NCBI GenBank assembly: GCA_963838835.1
Contig: CAWITA010000034.1
Coordinates: 3,980-67,979, forward strand
Reading direction: 5' to 3'
Length of the DNA stretch: 64,000 nt
From: an uncultured Acidimicrobiaceae bacterium
GTDB taxonomy: Bacteria; Actinomycetota; Acidimicrobiia; Acidimicrobiales; RAAP-2
The position numbers were made by a program, and so were the translations under genes. A model generated the notes under the pieces. It searched no databases. It was not told the origin of the DNA and saw only the letters and a list, made by a program, of their open reading frames with translations. Below, piece by piece: positions 59,976 through 64,000 of this stretch (its first letter is position 1; every line of letters starts with the position of its first letter).

Positions 59976-60395
59976 GGTCGTTCCTCTCTTTTGCTCACAC
60001 CGACCGTTTGTCGGTGTAGTTGCCAGCATGAGCGGATCCGACGGCTCTGTCTGTCCCGTCCGACACACAACGGGTGTCCCCGTCGACACGGTCGCGGTGG
60101 AGTCGTTCGGCACGGACGAATGGTCTTGTTTTTGGATTGCGGTGTGCACCGCACGGTTGTCCCCTCGGGCGTACGCCTCCAAGAGCAACGTGGCCGCACG
60201 ATGGACCCCAAACCGGAATCGACGACCCTGCACAGTCTCCAGACTGCTGGAGTCTTGGAAGCTGTCGATCTCGGTCATCGGGCCGAACCACACGGCGAAC
60301 CGGCCAGTTCCGAGAATCGCCAGCGCCGCTGACAACCTCCTGAGCAACAATCCGCTGGACCTGCAAAAATCCCGTCGACGACCAAGGACCAACCG

Positions 60396-60515
60396 ATGGC
60401 CGACGACGGGTTCATTTCTTACAGCCACGCAGCCGATGTAAGGCTCGCTCCCGCCCTCGAACGGGGCCTGCAGACAATCCAGACCGTCCCCGCGTCGGAG
60501 GGTGTCCGTGTCTGA
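60396..60515 (+). pseudogene. Vestigial TIR-domain N-terminus (39 codons), immediately upstream of and overlapping the intact TIR gene
   Basis: It translates as MADDGFISYSHAADVRLAPALERGLQTIQTVPASEGVRV*. The FISYSH....LA.AL.RGLQ pattern is the first beta-strand/helix of bacterial TIR domains. It is truncated after about 25 residues of TIR-like sequence. Confidence 0.5.
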
Positions 60516-63373
60516 CGCCTTCATCAGCTATTCACATCGTGACCGGGATTTCGCGGTTCGCCTCCAACGGGCTCTCAAGGATTCCGGCAAAGCGATCTGG
60601 GTGGATGAGTCTGGCATCCCCTCGGGTGCCAGCTGGGCCGAGGACCTCAAGGGGGCAATCGAGGATGCCGACAGCTTTGTGTTTGTCATCAGCCCGAACT
60701 CGGTCGCATCCGAGGAGTGCAAGCGGGAACTCTCCTACGCAGCGCAACTCCACAAGCGGATCATTCCCCTCAACCTCAGTCCTACCCCATTAGACGATCT
60801 CCCTGAGACACTCAAGGCCGTCCAGTTCGTACCACCAAGGGGTTTGTTCGAAAATGACCCCGACCCCAAGTCCGAAAACACCTTCGAGAACTCGCTACCC
60901 CTCCTGATCACCACCATTGATACCGACTTAGACGCAACACGTGAGCACACTGAGTGGGCCAAGAAGGCGCTCGAGTGGGACAAGCACACGCGGGATCGCA
61001 GTTTCTTGCTGTCCGGCAGTGAGCTTGACGCGGCTGAGCAATGGCTTGTTCGGAGGACAGACAAAGGCCCCGAGCCGACGGACCTTCAAAAGTCGTACCT
61101 ACTGGCCAGCCGCCAAGGTGCCACTCGCCGTCAGCGTCGGTTACTGGCTGGGGTAAGTATCGCACTCGTGATAGCCCTCGTGCTCGGAGGGCTGGCACTT
61201 GTAGCGCGAAGTGAAGCCATCGCTCAGCGAAACAATGCCATCAAGCAATCACACCTCTCCCAGTCCGAAGACATGGCAGCCGAGGCTACGAATCTGCTCT
61301 CAACTGATGCTCCCCTCGGAATGCTTGTCAGTCTGCAAGCCTACAAACGCGCTCCCTACGCTTCAAGCTCGAAACGCACTCATCCAAGCCGCCGAACAAC
61401 CCTTAAACGCCACCCTGTCCGAGGGCAGCTCGGTCTTAAGCGTGGCCTTCAGCCCGAACGGCCAGACCCTCGCGGTCGGGGACTTAGGCGGTGACGTCGG
61501 GCTGTGGAGCACGGCCAGCGGGGAGAAGACGGCCACCCTGTCCGAGGGCAGCGAGGTCTTGGGCGTCGCCTTCAGCCCGAACGGCCAGACCCTCGCGGTC
61601 GGGGACTTACGCGGTGACGTCGGGCTGTGGAGCACCGCTAGCGAGAAGAGGACGGCGACCTTGTCCGAGGGCTTCGGAGTCTCTACCGTCGCGTTCAGCC
61701 CGAACGGCCAGACGCTCGCGGTCGGGGACTTACGAGGTGACGTCGGGCTGTGGAGCACGGCCAGCGGGGAGAAGACGGCCACCCTCTCTGAGCGCGGCCA
61801 GGTCTCAAGCGTCGCCTTCAGCCCGAACGGCCAGACCCTCGCGGTCGGGGACTACGGCGGTGACGTCGGGCTATGGAGCACGACCAGCGGGGAGAGGACT
61901 GCCACCCTGTCCGAGGGCAGCTCGGTCAATAGCGTCGCCTTCAGCCCGAACGGCCAGACCCTCGCGGTCGGGGACTTAGGCGGTGACGTCGGGCTGTGGA
62001 GCACGACCAGCGGGGAGAGGACGGCCACCCTGTCCGAGGGCAGCCCGGTCGGCAGCGTCGCCTTCAGCCCGAACGGCCAGACCCTCGCGGTCGGGGACCA
62101 CGGCGGTGAGGTCGCTCTGTGGAGCACGTCCAGCGGGGAGAGGACTGCCACCCTGCCCGAGGGCAGCGAGGTCGATAGTGTCGCCTTCAGCCCGGACGGC
62201 CAGACTCTCGCGGTCGGGGACTACGGCGGTGAGGTCGCTCTGTGGAGCACGGCCAACGGGGAGAAGACGGCCACGCTGTCCGAGGGTAGCGAGGTCTCAA
62301 GCGTCGCCTTCAGCCCGAACGGCCAGACCCTCGCGGTTGGGGACCAGGGCGGTGACGTCGGGCTGTGGAGCACGGCCAGCGGGGAGAAGACGGCCATCTT
62401 GTCCGAGGGTAGCTCGGTCGATAGTGTCGCATTCAGCCCGAACGGCCAGACCCTCGCGGTCGGGGACCAGGGCGGTGACGTCGGGCTGTGGAGCACGGTC
62501 AGCGGGGAGAGGACGGCCACGCTGTCCGAGGGCAGCGAGGTCTCAAGCGTCGCCTTCAGCCCGAACGGCCAGACCCTCGCAGTCGGGGACTTAGGCGGTC
62601 CCGTCGGGCTGTGGAGCATGGTCACCGGGAAGAATACGGCCAAGCTGTCCCAGGACGGCTCGGTCAATAGCGTCGCCTTCAGCCCGAACGGCCAGACCCT
62701 CGCGGTCGCGGACTTAGGCTTCGATAACGTCGGACCGCAGGGAGCGCAGGGAGACGAGGTTACTCTGTGGCGCACGGCCAGCGCGGAGAAGACGGCCAAC
62801 CTATCGGAGGGCAGCAAGGTCGATAGCGTCGCCTTCAGCCCGAACGGCGAGACGCTCGCGGTCGGGGACTACGGCGGTGACGTCGGGCTGTGGAGCACGG
62901 TCAGCGGGAAGAAAACGGCCACCCTGTCCGAGGGCAGCGAGGTCTATAGCGTCGCCTTCAGCCCGAACGGCCAGACCCTCGCGGTTGGGGACTTAGGCGG
63001 TGACGTCGGGCTGTGGAGCACGGTTAGCGGGAAGAAGACGACCACCCTGTTCGAGGGCAGCCCGGCCGGCAGTGTCGCCTTCAGCCCGAACGGCCAGACC
63101 CTCGCGGTCGGTGAATCCATTGGTGTCGTAGAGCTCCTTCGACAGGGCTTTTGGGACTGGAACTTCAATTCGTTCTTGCATCTTCTCTGCGGTGAGATGA
63201 GAAAGAACATGACACAGGCCCAATGGTTGGCAAACGTACCTAACCAGCCTTACCAGAAAACCTGCCCCGCCTACTCGGTGCCTCGGCCCGGTCGAAACCC
63301 GGCAGGACTTGAGCTGCATCAGGTCAAACCGCCTCGTCAGGGCGTACTTGGCTCCGGAGGCGCGGCGGGTTAG
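60502..63373 (+). CDS. TIR domain - single TM helix - 14x WD40 repeat protein (about 956 aa), frame broken near 61346-61352
   Basis: TIR: SDAFISYSHRDRDFAVRLQRAL...IWVDESGIPSGASW...ADSFVFVISPNSVASEECKRELSYA. TM: RRQRRLLAGVSIALVIALVLGGLALVARS. Then come 14 units of LSEGS.V.SVAFSPNGQTLAVGD.GGDVGLWST.SGEKTAT. Tracks 60502 and 61211 join as ...LQAYK[.]ALPTLQARNALIQAAEQPL with one base removed. Confidence 0.85.
61415..63120 (+). repeat. 14 tandem 123-bp WD40-blade repeats (one carries a 33-bp insertion), highly similar at nucleotide level
   Basis: Read directly. The GTCGCCTTCAGCCCGAACGGCCAGACCCTCGCGGTCGGGGAC core recurs every 123 bp. Antisense track ORFs are also repetitive. Confidence 0.9.
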
Positions 63374-63546
63374 CGGCGCTTGAGCGGCCTCAATCTCCTG
63401 ACCTACCGGTTTGACCCATCGCACGCGACCTTGAATCACCCCCGTTGACACGCAACAAGGCCAGCGCGACGCCATACACGGTTTCTGGAGGATCATGCCG
63501 CGTTCCTCGGGCGCGTTGGACAACAGACCAGCACAAAGAAGCGGCA

Positions 63547-64000
63547 ATGAAGTGGCTGACCAAACCCTCCGGTTTCTCCGCCTCTCGATCTCCAGGTCAG
63601 ATGCGGAAGGAAAGCACCCTCCGCCGACGCCGACCTCGCCTGGTCGTCGTCACGTTGCTCGCCGTGATGGGAGCTTCCTTGGCGCCCGAGCTGGTCCTCG
63701 GGCCCGGCGTCGGCGCTTCCGAGCGCCCGAGTACCACGCATCCAAGAGTCCACGTCTTTCCGAATTTCAATCCCAAGCTGCCACCGGCGACTTCGGGTTG
63801 CCACGGTGCAACAGCCTTGCCCGGGGGAGGTGAGAAGTTGCCGCTGACGATCAGTAGCGGGGAGGGGGGCAGGCTGCGGCGACGGTCAATGTGTGCGTGG
63901 ACGGAAACGGCCCATTCCCCTTCCTACTCGACTCTGGTGCTGGCCAGACGATCATCGATGCCGGGCTGACCCATCGGCTCCACCTGGCTACGATCGGCCG
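63547..64000 (+). CDS. Secreted retropepsin-like aspartic protease (partial, 3' end outside the window); frame changes at the G6 run 63864-63869
   Basis: ATG 63547 (MKWLTKP...), basic region plus TM/signal RRRRPRLVVVTLLAVMGASLA. After the G-run another frame reads QAAATVNVCVDGNGPFPFLLDSGAGQTIIDAGL, carrying the D-S/T-G-A active-site motif of clan AA proteases. Confidence 0.6.

Noticed and set aside
59410-64000. Integrase or att duplication that would define a tRNA-Val-inserted mobile element.
   Set aside because: No recombinase-like ORF was found, and no second copy of the tRNA 3' end is visible in the remaining 4.6 kb. A mobile_element feature is therefore not justified, only a compositional islet.

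Overview
High-GC, actinobacterial-type chromosomal segment; the fused E2/E1 Kgd, DUF2510, LysM-BTAD and CHAP proteins all fit that origin. All calls come from reading the sequence and ORF translations by eye. No database search was run, and every family name is a motif-level recognition.

Ordinary genes:
- 0-6.2 kb: kgd, an NYN/S1 RNA-binding protein, fabZ, xthA.
- 29-59 kb: TPP enzyme, FAD oxidase, UvrD-like helicase, amine oxidase, SCP2, APC permease, ddl, murF, aldehyde dehydrogenase, MFS, CHAP amidase, acyltransferase-3/SGNH, IMPase, and a NitT/TauT-type ABC pair.

Main feature (6.5-28.5 kb): two paralogous, co-oriented, translationally coupled cassettes, each encoding three proteins with prepilin-type N-termini.
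- A: about 505 aa, leader ending G|FTLIELVIV.
- B: a giant protein of about 2200 or 2565 aa, leader ending G|DTLVEILIAL, followed by about 19-23 Ig-like modules.
- C: a PilX/GspK-like protein without Glu5, carrying three IPT/TIG domains.
- No pilus assembly genes lie in the window.
- The B genes contain near-identical nucleotide repeats hundreds of bp to about 1 kb long.

Second feature (59.3-63.4 kb): tRNA-Val is followed by a visibly lower-GC islet. It holds paired direct repeats, a 20-codon basic mini-ORF with a strong SD, a vestigial TIR N-terminus, and a TIR-TM-WD40 protein with 14 almost identical 41-aa blades.

Caveat: I count about 18 single-base frame disruptions in at least 12 genes, nearly all behaving as one extra base, including the essential ddl. 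This points to insertion-type consensus errors rather than true pseudogenes. Frame-disrupted genes are therefore reported as single genes with the break position noted.
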